Shown one piece after another: positions 12,377 through 24,007 of a DNA stretch of 64,000 nt. The notes under the pieces are model-generated. The model had not been told where the DNA came from, searched no databases, and worked only from the letters and a program-made list of their open reading frames with translations. Both the position numbers and the translations under genes were made by a program. Source of the stretch: an uncultured Methanoregulaceae archaeon (GTDB lineage: Archaea > Halobacteriota > Methanomicrobia > Methanomicrobiales > Methanospirillaceae); assembly GCA_963737635.1 (NCBI GenBank), contig CAVTTL010000001.1:2304001-2368000 (forward strand), given 5' to 3'. Position 1 is the stretch's first letter. The number at the start of each line of letters is the position of its first letter.

Positions 12377-12430
12377 CGCGGCCCCCCTGTACACTGTGAA
12401 GAACAAGAATGTACGACGCCGGGGAGACCA

Positions 12431-12619
12431 TTACCCTATCTTTTCCACAATCACCCGGACGCGGTCACCTGATTTGAACTGGTGTCTTTTGGGGACATCA
12501 ATATTGAACCACAGCGAGCCGGGATTATCCTGGGTCGGGTCCTGAGACATCAGACAATCTTTCTGTTCATTGATATCTGCAACAAATTCGATGGATGATT
12601 CAAATTCCACTTTTGGCAT
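12431..12619 (-). CDS. Small hypothetical protein
   Basis: 62-aa ORF with protein-like composition, co-oriented with neighbours. Confidence 0.6.
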   Translation of the reverse strand: MPKVEFESSIEFVADINEQKDCLMSQDPTQDNPGSLWFNIDVPKRHQFKSGDRVRVIVEKIG

Positions 12620-12649
12620 AATAAAAGAAGGTAGTTATAATTAAAAAAT

Positions 12650-12901
12650 TTACAGGGCACGGGATGTAACCATCCACGTCGTGCTGTTCGAATAGCTCCA
12701 CCGGATAATGGACAACTCGTTGCACATATCGGCAAGGATTGCCATATTCGTTCCCACTTCCTTTGGGGATAAGCCCAAATCCTTTGCGATGTATTTGGAC
12801 TTGAAGTAGTGTTTACCCTTAGTTATCCCCGATTGGAGATAGGAAACGATTTTGTTCTGTGTTTCGTTATATCTATCACGTATGTTTTTACCTGGGGACA
12901 T
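12650..12901 (-). CDS. Small winged-helix protein (archaeal DUF7123-like)
   Basis: YFKSKYIAKDLGLSPKEVG...WSYSNSTTW wHTH pattern. Confidence 0.75.
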   Translation of the reverse strand: MSPGKNIRDRYNETQNKIVSYLQSGITKGKHYFKSKYIAKDLGLSPKEVGTNMAILADMCNELSIIRWSYSNSTTWMVTSRAL

Positions 12902-13118
12902 TGGTTCGCCTCAGTATTACGAAATCATATAGATCAGGACCTATATATAAATATCTAATGGTACTGGTAAGATTCATGCTTTTTTTAGCAATAATGACAC
13001 AAATCTGAAAGGAAACTATTTAAAACGATTAAATTTTGGGCTGATTTATATCCGGGTGAAATTATCGTTATTTTCATGATTCTGGGAAACGATCTCAACC
13101 GGAAAAATATCCAACGCC

Positions 13119-14954
13119 TTACTGCTGTACTGGAGCCTCGCCAATTTTTTTGATCAGTGCCTCAAGCACCACGTTCCGCATACCTTCAACGAACTTGATG
13201 CTCCCGACGACCAGGTGCCCGCCGCCGGAGATACCCCCGCCGGGGATCTCGTTATGCAAATCACGAACCATGCGGGGGATGTTCATGTGCACACCCCGGG
13301 AACGCAGCACGGCAAAGTCCGGGCCAAAGCCGATCGTAACAACCGGCTTTCCTTCATTCTGCCGGCAGAGCCGGTCGTGGACTTCCCCCGATGTTTTACC
13401 GGGTGGTGGAAAGGTAAACTTATGGGCATGGATCTCCACATCGATCAAAAAGAGCTTCGCGTCGTTTGGCAATACGCGGGCGTCAACATGGGGCATGCAG
13501 GCGCTCATCTGGTCCTCGATCATCGTATTGGCACCGTCCACCAGCAGGCCGACGAGTTTTACGTGGCGCTCGTGGTTCCCGACCAGATCCAGCATATCTT
13601 TAATGATTTCCCGTCCATCGTTGAACCGGAGCCAGAATTGCTCGTAGTCAAGGGCAAGCGCGATATCCTTGCATGCCTGTTCAGGGTACTGGTCTCGGAC
13701 AAGTGCCAGGTAAAGGGCTCGTTCAGGCGCTTCGCTCCGGTCGCCAACCCCGGCAACGGCAGGCAGGTGCCGGATGGCTGGTTCAACACGAGGATTGATC
13801 AGCCGGGCAACCTCCGTACCTAGCATTCCTGCCGTGACACCAAAATCTCCACCAACGTGGTACGGGTTGACATGCCCGACGAGGTACTTATCGATGGTTG
13901 CATCCGGGTGATGGTGGTCGATGACGACAAACGGAATGTCGTAAACGCTTGCGATCTTGTAGGAGGGTTCATCTTCTTCAGTAGAACCATTATCGGTAAG
14001 GATTACAAGAGGCATCTTCTGGCCGAACCGGGCATGGTCCTTGAGCGCAAAATCCAAGTCCCGGGTGATGTCCTCGATCTCGTAGAACGGCGCCTTTGAC
14101 GGGGCTCGCTTGAAGAGATAGTAGTCGGCATCAAAGTCTCCTCCCGACTCACGGATGAGCGAGGTGACTGCCTGTTCGATGGCGACGGCTGAACAGATGC
14201 CATCTGCATCGGCGTGGTGCCGGAGAATGATTGGCTGGGCGGTAAAAACTGCTTTCCTGATGATCTTTGCCACCTTGCGCATCTCGGGCATCAGACTCTC
14301 CAAGACGTCACTTTTCACCATTGGCTTTATGTTTTCGGGTTCGGCACGTGCATCAAGCGCCTTTTCTATCCGATCACGGACGGTTATCTCTTCGTTACTA
14401 GTAAGAGGGGTAACTGCGTCGGCTTCGATCTGGAGCTGATTGTTGCGCATCATAACTTCGCCAATGACCCTGACGATCATGTTCAGCTCGACCTCGGGAT
14501 ATGCCCGGACACCGGCTTCTACGAATGCGGCTACGTTCTGGGTTCCAGATTCGTCGACAATAGTAAAGATAGTAGGTCCGCTTGTCTGTTTGATCTGGGC
14601 GACTTCTCCTTCAATTGCGACACTTTTTCCCTGCTTTGCGGGGAGTTCGGCAATCCTGACTGTCGTTGATGTACGTTCAACTTGCTGGACCTGATAGATT
14701 TGGATCTGCTGCTCTTCAAGATCGATGTTCCCGTTAGGACGGATCTGCCTGACCCGCACAAGGACGCTGTCTTTTTCCTTGTGATCGGCCTTCATGCTTG
14801 TTTTGTGAACCAGCCCCTTGATCCGGTCATTGAGCTGGACAAACATCCCAAAAGTGGCAAAACCCTGGACTTTGCCCAGATAGATTTTTCCTTCTTCTAC
14901 ATCGGACAAGTCACATCCCGCGGCCAGCCGGTAAACAATAGTTTCTGTCTCCAT
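13119..14954 (-). CDS. RecJ-like DHH phosphoesterase with S1 and OB domains
   Basis: S1 (FGMFVQL..GLVH), OB (QIKQTSGPTIF), HHADADG, TDNGS, IDHH, GGGH. Confidence 0.9.
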   Translation of the reverse strand: METETIVYRLAAGCDLSDVEEGKIYLGKVQGFATFGMFVQLNDRIKGLVHKTSMKADHKEKDSVLVRVRQIRPNGNIDLEEQQIQIYQVQQVERTSTTVRIAELPAKQGKSVAIEGEVAQIKQTSGPTIFTIVDESGTQNVAAFVEAGVRAYPEVELNMIVRVIGEVMMRNNQLQIEADAVTPLTSNEEITVRDRIEKALDARAEPENIKPMVKSDVLESLMPEMRKVAKIIRKAVFTAQPIILRHHADADGICSAVAIEQAVTSLIRESGGDFDADYYLFKRAPSKAPFYEIEDITRDLDFALKDHARFGQKMPLVILTDNGSTEEDEPSYKIASVYDIPFVVIDHHHPDATIDKYLVGHVNPYHVGGDFGVTAGMLGTEVARLINPRVEPAIRHLPAVAGVGDRSEAPERALYLALVRDQYPEQACKDIALALDYEQFWLRFNDGREIIKDMLDLVGNHERHVKLVGLLVDGANTMIEDQMSACMPHVDARVLPNDAKLFLIDVEIHAHKFTFPPPGKTSGEVHDRLCRQNEGKPVVTIGFGPDFAVLRSRGVHMNIPRMVRDLHNEIPGGGISGGGHLVVGSIKFVEGMRNVVLEALIKKIGEAPVQQ

Positions 14955-15155
14955 CTTCTCTCTCCACACGCGAGGCGAAACGGACGATATGGTATGCGGC
15001 TTATTTTCGTATTTTGTATCGTTCAACGTTATCCAGCACAGAATGTGCTGCGTGTACCATGAATGGTCACCGGAGGGTTATGTTAGTTGCCATTCCTGCA
15101 CCCGTTGGTCTTCACTTCAGTGCAAAACAATTTTTTCTTAATAGATCACGCCAGG

Positions 15156-16094
15156 TCACTCCCGGTACGTGACCTCAAACATGAACAAGTCATCAGGAAT
15201 GATGATTGTACCTGAAAACACCGATTTTGCTTCCAATGCGTGATTGGTGGTATCAGTATACCGCGAACTGATATGGGTAAGGGCAAGGGTCCTAGCATCT
15301 GCCGCCGCCGCTGCCTGACCTGCCTGCATAGCGGTCGCATGGTAGAATTCAGTGGCCCGCTTCCTCTCGCTCTCATCGTAGGTCGCATCGTGGATCAGGA
15401 GATCTACATCCTTTCCGTAACTCATGAGCATCGGGATCACCGGTCGCGTATCCCCGGTGTAGACGATTTTCCGGCCCGGGCGCGGTACGCCCATTATATC
15501 TGATGGTAGCACCTCCACTTCACTGCCATCTTTTTTTATCCGGATCGTCTCGCCACGCTGGAGCCTGCCAAAGAGGGGGCCCGGCGGCACACCGAGTTCG
15601 ATTGCATGTTCCCGGTCGAACCGGCCCGGGCGGGGGTCTTCCTCGAGCACGTACCCAAGCGCCGGCAACCCGTGGCTGACTGGAAACGCGGTTACCGTAT
15701 AGCCATCAAAGCGCACCCATGAACCATCCGAAAGCTCAACCGAATCGAGCTGAAACTTAAGGTTAAACCGGCCAATCTTTTTTATGATCTCGACAAACTC
15801 GTGGACCCATATGGGGCCATAGATGGTGAGGGGCTCGGTGCGCCCATTAAAAGACATGGTCTGGACAAGGCCGAAGATCCCAAGGAAGTGATCTGCATGC
15901 CAGTGCGAGACAAAGATTGCATCGACAGTAAATCCGCACCGGGCCCGCATCATCTGTTGTTGTGCACCTTCCCCGCAATCAAAAAGGATCGTATCGGTGC
16001 CGCGCCGGATCATGATGCAGGGCGGATTACGCACCGGGGTTGGAAGTGCCCCTGCAGTCCCGAGGAAATATACCTGGAGGGTCTCGCCGCTCAT
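15156..16094 (-). CDS. rnz: Ribonuclease Z
   Basis: LGT..P, DCGEG, HWHADH, exosite GVPPGP, TGDT, HDAT, THISSRY. Confidence 0.95.
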   Translation of the reverse strand: MSGETLQVYFLGTAGALPTPVRNPPCIMIRRGTDTILFDCGEGAQQQMMRARCGFTVDAIFVSHWHADHFLGIFGLVQTMSFNGRTEPLTIYGPIWVHEFVEIIKKIGRFNLKFQLDSVELSDGSWVRFDGYTVTAFPVSHGLPALGYVLEEDPRPGRFDREHAIELGVPPGPLFGRLQRGETIRIKKDGSEVEVLPSDIMGVPRPGRKIVYTGDTRPVIPMLMSYGKDVDLLIHDATYDESERKRATEFYHATAMQAGQAAAAADARTLALTHISSRYTDTTNHALEAKSVFSGTIIIPDDLFMFEVTYRE

Positions 16095-16864
16095 ACAAAG
16101 CACTCCGAAAAGACAGCGAGACTTCTTTTTGCTTCATCGACCGAACGGCCCTCAATAACGATCACGCCACTATACCGGGCCGCGATTATCTTTCCGACAG
16201 CCTTCCAGTCGATTGTCCCGGCACCAAGCGGGAGATGCTCGTCTGAAACGCCATGGTTGTCGTGGATATGAATATGGTGTGCAGACCCAACATGCGCGAG
16301 AAACTCGGGGACTTTTGCAAGTGTGTGGGCATGCCCGAAATCAAACGTGAGGCCGATTCCCTCGATCCCCCCAGCCATCCCCATGAGCTCTCCTGAGTCC
16401 CGGCAGAGGAACTCTTTCTGGCTGATCATGTTTTCAAGGCAGGCAAGCACTCCGTGCTCAACCGCACACTTCCCGATCCTGCGCAGAGCCTCTTTCTGGA
16501 GGTCCCAGACTTTCTGAGGCATAAGTTTGCATGCCGGTGAAAGATACCCGGGATGAATAGTAACCTTGTCGGTGATGTCTCCCGCCTGCTGGATGCAGAG
16601 CTCGATCTGCCGTATAGACTCGCGCCAGATCGGGTCGTTGAGAGTTGCGAGATTGAGATCCCCATAGGGCGCATGCACGGTGGCCCCGAGCCGGGTGCTT
16701 GCGAGCACCTCCTGGATTTTTTTAAGGTTCTCGGGCTGTTCGAGCCGGTAGTTGCCATCTGCGACGATCTCCCAGCCGGCATACCCTGCCTCTTCGATAC
16801 CATATACCCACCGGATATCATCCCACACTTTTGCCGATGATGAGAAATACGGCCGCAGGCTCAT
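16091..16864 (-). CDS. Sugar phosphate isomerase/epimerase (xylose isomerase-like TIM barrel)
   Basis: VHAP, IHPG, LENM, DFGH, HIHDN...DEHLPLGAGTIDW. Confidence 0.88.
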   Translation of the reverse strand: MSLRPYFSSSAKVWDDIRWVYGIEEAGYAGWEIVADGNYRLEQPENLKKIQEVLASTRLGATVHAPYGDLNLATLNDPIWRESIRQIELCIQQAGDITDKVTIHPGYLSPACKLMPQKVWDLQKEALRRIGKCAVEHGVLACLENMISQKEFLCRDSGELMGMAGGIEGIGLTFDFGHAHTLAKVPEFLAHVGSAHHIHIHDNHGVSDEHLPLGAGTIDWKAVGKIIAARYSGVIVIEGRSVDEAKRSLAVFSECFV

Positions 16865-17409
16865 GCTTCCTGCTCCAGGCTCCTTATGAGTTCTGTAACG
16901 CATGCCGTAAATTCTTCCAGACTTCCATCATTGTTGAGCCTGATATCTGCCAGTTTCAGAGCGTTTCCGAGACCCCATCCCAGCTCGCGTTTGTCCCGGG
17001 TAATAAGCCCCTCTGCGGATCCGATGTCATCACTGCGTTTCCGTTCGCACAACCGCATCAGCCGTTTCTCAAACGATGTCTCAATGGCGATGAGACGGAA
17101 CCAAAGGAAATGCATCCGGAAGACCCGGACTTCCGCATCCCCCCGGATACCATCGACGAGAACTAAGGGTGCGCTCTGGTCCTGTATAGCGTCGACACAA
17201 AGAAGGGCAATAGCGTCCATACCGTGTTCGGAACGAAGATTGTTTGCCATCGCGCCAAGATTTTCGTCGGTAGGAGGTAGGCCGGCCTTTTTTACAGCGT
17301 TGCGGATCACATCGCCCATGACCACTACCGGGATCCCCAGACTCCCTGCTATCTTTGAAAACTCGCCTTTACCACTTGCTGGCAGCCCGACAACTCCGAT
17401 CACTTTCAC
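16861..17409 (-). CDS. P-loop kinase, UPF0200 / dephospho-CoA kinase-like
   Basis: GLPASGKG, MGDVIR, VDGIR, RDKREL. Confidence 0.85.
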   Translation of the reverse strand: MKVIGVVGLPASGKGEFSKIAGSLGIPVVVMGDVIRNAVKKAGLPPTDENLGAMANNLRSEHGMDAIALLCVDAIQDQSAPLVLVDGIRGDAEVRVFRMHFLWFRLIAIETSFEKRLMRLCERKRSDDIGSAEGLITRDKRELGWGLGNALKLADIRLNNDGSLEEFTACVTELIRSLEQEA

Positions 17410-18219
17410 AGGAGGTACCTCCGATTATATTCAATCTCGCCGATCTCCCGGGTCCGGATCCGGACATCGCGTTTCAGTCCATCTGCTATTTTCTGGATCT
17501 CTATAAGCGTCATTGGTGTGTACTGCTGAAGTGTCTCCCGCTTCCCGGCGATATACGCAGTGACGTTGGCGACCCCACCCGGAACCATCGGGATTTTATG
17601 CTCGCCCTGCTGGAGGACAAGAGGGATGTCGCTGATCGTGCGAGAAATCTCCTGTAAGTATTTTACATTCTCATAAAATACGGTTACTACAATTTCGAAT
17701 TCGGGAAGGGTCTTTTTCCGGAGCGCTTCCCCCGCGATTTCTATCGATTGCTGGACATTCTTCCGGTAATTCGAACGGGACTGCTCGCCGCTATCTCCCA
17801 CACAGGAGAACCCCTCCCATTGCGTCTTATAATCAATTGCAATCTTGTCCACTAACCGCTCTTCAAGGAGCGCTTCGATCGCGTTTGGGAAGATACCGTT
17901 TGTCTGGACGCCGGTGGCAAGACCGCACCCTTTTGCCGCACGGGCGATTTCGAGAAGTGCATCTTTCTGCATCGTGGGCTCGCCTCCGGAAAAGACGACC
18001 CCGCTTACCGCAAGTTTCGAGACTTTTGATGAGAGCCACAATCTCATCCGTGTCCCGGTAATCCTCGCCGGTAAGGATCGTGGCGTTATGGCAGTACGAG
18101 CAACGGAGCGGGCAGCCCCGGAAAAAGACGGTGCAAACCGACCGGCCTCGCCAATCTACCGTAGAAAGCGGGATAAAACCGCCGTAATTCAGCCTGATGC
18201 CATCACCGTCAAGGATCAT
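17406..18219 (-). CDS. nrdG: Anaerobic ribonucleotide reductase activating radical SAM enzyme (frameshift near 18030)
   Basis: STVDW..VFFRGCPLRCSYCHN (CxxxCxxC), then FSGGEPT and QTNG in the adjacent frame. Confidence 0.82.
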
Positions 18220-18235
18220 GTCTAGGAAACTGATA

Positions 18236-18847
18236 TTATTTAGTGTTCCGATTGTGACGCTCGCTCTCTGAATCGATCCGGTTGCCCGGCATACCGATGA
18301 TCCCGGATTCGGTCACGATCATATCCATGCGGACATCGGTGGGTTCCCCGGGGAGTTCCGGGATCTCCTGGCAGTCGAATGCGATACCGATTGTCTTCAT
18401 TCCGGGATGTGCGGCGAGGAACCGATCGTAGTAACCAGCTCCGTACCCCAGTCGGTTCCCTTTCCGGTCAAAGGCAAGGAGGGGGATGATCGCAACCCCG
18501 ATCTCCTCTGGTCTCGCCGGGATCTCGCTTCCGATGGGTTCCGGGACATGGAAGGTGCTGTCGATGAGAACTGAAGGATCCTCCAGATAGGACAGACGAA
18601 GGCTGACGGTCTCCGTTTCGATGATAGGGACAACAACCTTAGTACCGCGGGCGATGAGACCGGTAATGAGCGTTCCTGTTTCTACTTCCGGACGTTTTGC
18701 AACGTAGACCATCACTGGCACGGAACCATTCAGGATATCAAGCAGAAAAGAACAGATGCACCGGCTCTTCACCACTCGCTCCTCTGTAGTAAGACAATGC
18801 CGGCGCTGTTTTGCCATCGCCCGGATCTCCTGCTTGGTCCTGCCCAT
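18236..18847 (-). CDS. 5-formyltetrahydrofolate cyclo-ligase family protein
   Basis: PLLAFDRKGNRLGYGAGYYDRFL signature. Confidence 0.9.
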   Translation of the reverse strand: MGRTKQEIRAMAKQRRHCLTTEERVVKSRCICSFLLDILNGSVPVMVYVAKRPEVETGTLITGLIARGTKVVVPIIETETVSLRLSYLEDPSVLIDSTFHVPEPIGSEIPARPEEIGVAIIPLLAFDRKGNRLGYGAGYYDRFLAAHPGMKTIGIAFDCQEIPELPGEPTDVRMDMIVTESGIIGMPGNRIDSESERHNRNTK

Positions 18848-18968
18848 TCTCACATCCTTTCGATTTACCGGACTGTATTGGTCATGGGATCGCATAATCT
18901 TGTCCCTTTGGGATTTTACGAAGGATCATCACCGGAATTTCTCCCGGTGAGTAAAAAAGGTGGGATCT

Positions 18969-20246
18969 TTAGAACTTGAAATACCGGTTTACAATCTTAA
19001 TGGCGCAGAAGTCCCCGCACATCGTGCACCCATCAGTATCTGCCGGCATCCGTTCCGAACGGATCTGCTGTGCCCGGGCCGGGTTCATGGCCACGGCAAA
19101 CTGGCGCTCCCAGTCCAGATCGCGGCGTGCATGGCCCATCTCGAGGTCTGCCGACCGGGTCTTTTTGAGTTTTATCATATCACCGACATGGGCGGCAATT
19201 CGTGAACTGATGACACCCTCATATACCTCTTCCGGGGTGGGAAGGGCAAGGTGCTCAGCAGGGGTCACGTAGCAGATGAAATCAGCACCCAACGACGAGG
19301 AGATGGCTGCACCGATAGCGGCGACCCGGTCATCGTAGCCCGGCGCGATATCGGTCACGATTGGGCCGAGCATATAGAATGGCTTGTTGTTGGTGACCCG
19401 CTTCATAAGCTGGACATTGGTTGCGATCTCATCAATGGGCACATGACCCGGCCCTTCAACAATTACCTGCACATCCTGCGCATGTGCCTTGTCCGCGAGC
19501 TCCGCGTTAATGAGTAGTTCCTGGATACCGGCCCGGTCGGTCGCATCGTGGATGGCTCCTGCACGCATACCGTTCCCCATCGAGAGGGTAACCTCGTGCT
19601 CCTTCATGATCTCGAGGAGGTAATCGAATTCAGAATAAAGCGGGTTCTCCTTCTCGTTATGGAGCATCCATGCCGTCATGAAAGCACCGCCCCGGGAGAC
19701 AAGCCCGGCGTGCCGGCCCTGGTTCCTCAGTCTCTTTACGGTCTCCCAGTTGATGCCGGTGTGGATCGCCATGAAGTTTGTTCCAAGTTTTGCCTGCTCT
19801 GCCGTGATCCGGAAGAGGTCGTCCTCTTTCATGTGGATAACGGCACCGTCTTTTTTGACCGCTTCTATAAATGCCTGATAGAGGGGGACGCTTCCTACCG
19901 ACAGGGTGGTATTAGCAACTATCTGTTTTCTTATCTCGGTAAAATCGCCACCCGTTGAGAGTTCCATAAGAGTGTCGGCGCCCGCAAGCTCTGCCTGGCG
20001 TGCCTTCTCGATCTCCTCAGGAATATTGACAAGATCGGTCGATGTCCCGATTGAAGCATTCACTTTGGTGCGGAGGCCTTCCCCGATACCGCAGATCTTA
20101 ACCTTGCGGTACGGTGAGACCGGGATCACAATGTGTCCTTCGGCAACGTTGCGCCGGACAAAATCCTCGGTGACTCCTTCCTGCGCTGCGACCATTTTCA
20201 TTTCATCTGTTATGATGCCACGCTTTGCATCTGCAATGATACTCAT
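18969..20246 (-). CDS. thiC: ThiC-family radical SAM enzyme (possibly BzaF-type hydroxybenzimidazole synthase)
   Basis: KVNASIG, VSRGG, EGPGH, TPAEHL and C-terminal CTMCGDFC. Confidence 0.85.
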   Translation of the reverse strand: MSIIADAKRGIITDEMKMVAAQEGVTEDFVRRNVAEGHIVIPVSPYRKVKICGIGEGLRTKVNASIGTSTDLVNIPEEIEKARQAELAGADTLMELSTGGDFTEIRKQIVANTTLSVGSVPLYQAFIEAVKKDGAVIHMKEDDLFRITAEQAKLGTNFMAIHTGINWETVKRLRNQGRHAGLVSRGGAFMTAWMLHNEKENPLYSEFDYLLEIMKEHEVTLSMGNGMRAGAIHDATDRAGIQELLINAELADKAHAQDVQVIVEGPGHVPIDEIATNVQLMKRVTNNKPFYMLGPIVTDIAPGYDDRVAAIGAAISSSLGADFICYVTPAEHLALPTPEEVYEGVISSRIAAHVGDMIKLKKTRSADLEMGHARRDLDWERQFAVAMNPARAQQIRSERMPADTDGCTMCGDFCAIKIVNRYFKF

Positions 20247-20461
20247 ACCTTAGCAGTACAGCAAAAGAACAAAATAAAGGCTCGGTTTTACATTTCTGGA
20301 TGAAATCTGGCTTGTTATTTAAACAAGTAGACTTGATTTTAGAAAGATAAGTCGTTGTTGCGATCCCTGATCCCGCCGGAATCATCAGAATACTGTCACG
20401 ACTGGTGTTTTTATAGGTCACTACGCCCTACCGGAGGAATGAAAAGCATTGCGGTGCTCCG

Positions 20462-22882
20462 ATGGTAGAGACGAATTTTTTTGAGGTAACAGTCAAAGAG
20501 GCTGCACATAACGATGCTGGCCGTGGTATCGCACGGCTCAGTGTTGACGTGATGAAGAAACTAGGGCTTGTGTCCGGGGATGTTGTCGAGATCGTGGGAA
20601 AACGACATGCGGCGGCAATCATCTGGCCAGGACCTGCCGAGGATATCGGTTTTGCTATTCTGCGCATCGATGGAAGTATCCGGGCGAATGCGAATGCCGG
20701 CATCGATGAGAAAGTGAAGATCCGGAAATCGGAAGCAGTCTATGCCACAAAGGTGGTTATCCAGCCGGCACAGCAGACCCGGCTGGTCGGGGGCGAGCAA
20801 TACCTCTCCCGGGTCCTCCGGGGTCGATCAGTAGTTGAGGGCCAGACGCTCCGCGTAGATATCATTGGTAACTCCGTAACATTTGTCATTGTCCGGGTCT
20901 CACCGCGGGCCATTGCGATCGTCTCTGATGATACGGAGATCGAACTCAAGGATGAACCTTTTAACCCGGAAGAGGGAAAGCGCGAGATTTCGACAATCCA
21001 GTACGAGGATATCGGCGGGCTCGAACGCGAGCTCCAACTCGTCCGGGAGATGATCGAGCTTCCCTTGCGCCACCCGGAGATCTTCGAGAAGCTGGGGATC
21101 AAACCCCCAAAGGGCGTCCTGTTCTTCGGCCCGCCAGGGACCGGAAAGACTCTGATCGCAAAAGCGGTTGCTAATGAGGTGGACGCCCATTTCAGCACGC
21201 TCTCAGGCCCCGAGATTATGAGCAAGTTTTACGGGGATAGCGAGAAAGCCCTGCGCGACAAGTTCCACAACGCAGAGGAGAATGCACCATCCATTATATT
21301 TATCGACGAAATCGACTCTATTGCACCAAAACGTGAGGACGTTCAGGGGGAGGTGGAACGCCGGGTCGTCGCGCAACTTCTCGCCCTGATGGACGGCCTT
21401 GCCTGCCGGGGGCAGGTGATTGTCATTGCCGCGACGAACCTCCCTAATTCCATCGATCCGGCACTGCGGCGTGGTGGCCGGTTCGACCGGGAGATCGAAA
21501 TCGGCATTCCAGATAAGAAGGGCAGGCTCGAGATCTTCCAGGTACACACCCGGGGCGTTCCCCTAGCAAAGGATGTGGATATTGCCGCACTTGCAGAAAC
21601 CACATTCGGATTTGTAGGCGCCGATATTGCACTTCTCGTAAAAGAAGCGGCAATGAACGCTATCCGGAAGATCATTCCCTTGATCGATATCGACAAGGAG
21701 ATCCCAAATGAAGTGATCGACCAGCTCAGGCTCACAAAAAGCGACTTTGATGCCGCACGAAAAATTGTCCAGCCGAGCGCTCTGCGGGAGGTCCTCATCG
21801 AAGTGCCGGATGTGTCGTGGGACCAGATTGCAGGTCTCGACGAGATCAAGGACACCCTCATCAAGATCATTGAAGGACGGCTGCGGTACCCGCAGATATT
21901 TGAAAAACTTCGCTATAAACCCCCTAAAGGTATCCTGCTCTTCGGCCCGCCAGGGACCGGAAAGACGCTGCTTGCAAAGGGGATAGCAAGCAAACGCCAG
22001 CTCAACTTCATCTCAGTCAAGGGGCCCGAGCTCCTTTCCAAAGGGGTCGGCGATTCCGAAAAGCATGTGCGGGAAGCATTCCGGAAGGCCCGGCAGTCTG
22101 CGCCCTGTATCATCTTCTTTGATGAGATCGACGCACTCTTCCCGAAAACGGGGTACGGTCAACGATTCCACGCATGTCACGGAAAGCGTTTTAAGCCAAT
22201 TTTTGACCGAGCTGGACGGTGTCGAGGAATTAAAAGAAGTATTCGTCATCGGCTCGACCAACCGGCCCGACCTGCTCGACCCGGCCCTTCTTCGACCGGG
22301 CCGGCTTGAAAAACACCTGTATATCCCCCCGCCCGACGAAGCGGCCCGGAAGGCGATCCTCGCCACTTATCTCAAGGGGCTCGATGATATCCTCAGGTCC
22401 GGAAGTGAGTGTCGATGAGATGGCAGCACAGACCCGTTTCTTTGTGGGAGCCGATCTCGAAGCGCTGGTGCGGGAGGCAAAGGCAAGAGTCATCGACGAG
22501 TTAACCGGGGAACAAGGTACTGTTGAAGAAAATACAGGTACAGCTGGATACCTTCAGGATAACCAAGCAGCATTTCGACGCTGCATTTGAGAGTGTCAAA
22601 GGCACGCTTGACGGTGCTGACTTCGAACAGTACGAGCAGAAGTCATGGGATCTCCTGTATGCAAAAGGAAAACGTGAGATCCTGTACAAGGCTGTGAGTA
22701 TTGTTAACCAAGTTGAGTACCTCAAGAGAAAGAATCTAGTGGATGATGAGATTGCCCAGCGTGCAGATGAGCTCAGGGACCTCGTCTACTGGCAGAGGCG
22801 ATCCTTCGATACGATCCGGGAGCACACTACAGAACTCCAGCAGGCACTTGAGGCATTAGTCCGGAAAAACCCGGCAGCCTAA
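20462..22882 (+). CDS. cdc48: Cdc48/VCP-type AAA+ ATPase (three frameshifts in the 3' part, near 22140, 22400 and 22520)
   Basis: N-domain plus two AAA modules (GPPGTGKT twice, [21 protein letters not shown] and [10 protein letters not shown]). Confidence 0.92.
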
Positions 22883-23079
22883 TCCTTTTCTTATCAGCCT
22901 TGGAAACCATGATAGGTTCCACACAATCACGGTTCCGGAGAAGGCCACATCCCTTCCTGGCCATAGGAAAATATCCTCGTAACACCAATTACCGTTGTTT
23001 CATTCGGCTGTCGCTGACACTACCATATTCATTTCATCTATGCATAAATCCCGGAACGTTCCAAAAAAGATGAGGATAT

Positions 23080-23307
23080 GTGAATATGGATTATAACACT
23101 CTTATGAAGGAGGCGCGGAAAACTAACAAAGAACGCTATAATATGGAACTTGAAGGCTGTTTTGAATCGCTGAATGTCAGCTTGATGGCATACATAACCA
23201 CGGCAATGTCAGCAATCCAAACCGGGATCACAACTGATAATTTTGAAACAATCGCTGAAGGCCAGGCGATTCTTGAACAGGCAGTAGAAATCATCAGGAA
23301 TTGTTAA
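23080..23307 (+). CDS. Small helical hypothetical protein
   Basis: 75-aa ORF preceded by GAGGA. Confidence 0.55.
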   Translation: MNMDYNTLMKEARKTNKERYNMELEGCFESLNVSLMAYITTAMSAIQTGITTDNFETIAEGQAILEQAVEIIRNC

Positions 23308-23409
23308 AAGTAAATGCACCACTGTTTCTGTTCGGGAAAACCTGGGCTCCGTAATGTTACAGAATAGATCCGGTGAACCTAGGGTTGAACCATGTTCATT
23401 TTTTGCTAA

Positions 23410-23809
23410 TCACCCCAATACAAGTTTACTGTTGTCTCCCGGAAATATCTCGATATCCTGCTTAATGAGCCTGCCATGGATACGTTTCGGAAGCTCATCT
23501 CGTAACCGGTTGATAAGATCTATAGAATCGATTGCCAATTTTATGCTGATCTTTGTGGCCTCTTCAAAAATGAGAGGAACCGAAATGAAGAGATCGGATC
23601 CTGCCCCTCATAGTACGGAGACGGCGTGCATCCAGCGTGTAGAAAATTTCCATAGTCTGCTTTGCACGCTCAATATTTTCCGTTGCAGATCGTTCGATTC
23701 TGCAGATATTTTCTTTTGGAGTATGGAATATATCGGCAATCTATTGCTGCGTCATCCCTCTCCACCAGTATCGTAATACCTTTATCTGCCGGTCGATGAG
23801 AAGACTCAA
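23410..23809 (-). pseudogene. Tfx-family DNA-binding protein pseudogene
   Basis: Manual translation LIDRQIKVLRYWWRGMTQQ*IADIFHTPKENICRIERSATENIERAKQT...IHGRLIKQDIEI. In-frame TAG at 23741-23743 plus a frameshift. Missed by the ORF track. Confidence 0.8.
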
Positions 23810-24007
23810 ATTAATTCACCTGAATGTAACCTAGTTACGTTAGTTATTAGTAGTTATATTCTAATAGCTGACCAGAGTTTCTCAAATAATAACTGAAATT
23901 ATCCCTCTTTCCTGGATGGTATCGAAAATCCCAATAAACATTTATCTCCCACACGCATACCTGTGGAAAGTTATAACTAATGCGAGATTGATCATGAGGA
24001 ATGTAGC

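Noticed and set aside
20246-20462. TPP riboswitch upstream of the thiC-like gene
   Set aside because: No CTGAGA-containing aptamer core is visible, only a short CTTGTT-5-AACAAG palindrome.
23741-23743. In-frame TAG in Tfx (and at 47042) as pyrrolysine/amber readthrough
   Set aside because: TAG ends intact genes at their expected termini (9553-9555, 55495-55497), both genes carry other lesions, and there are no pyl genes in the window.
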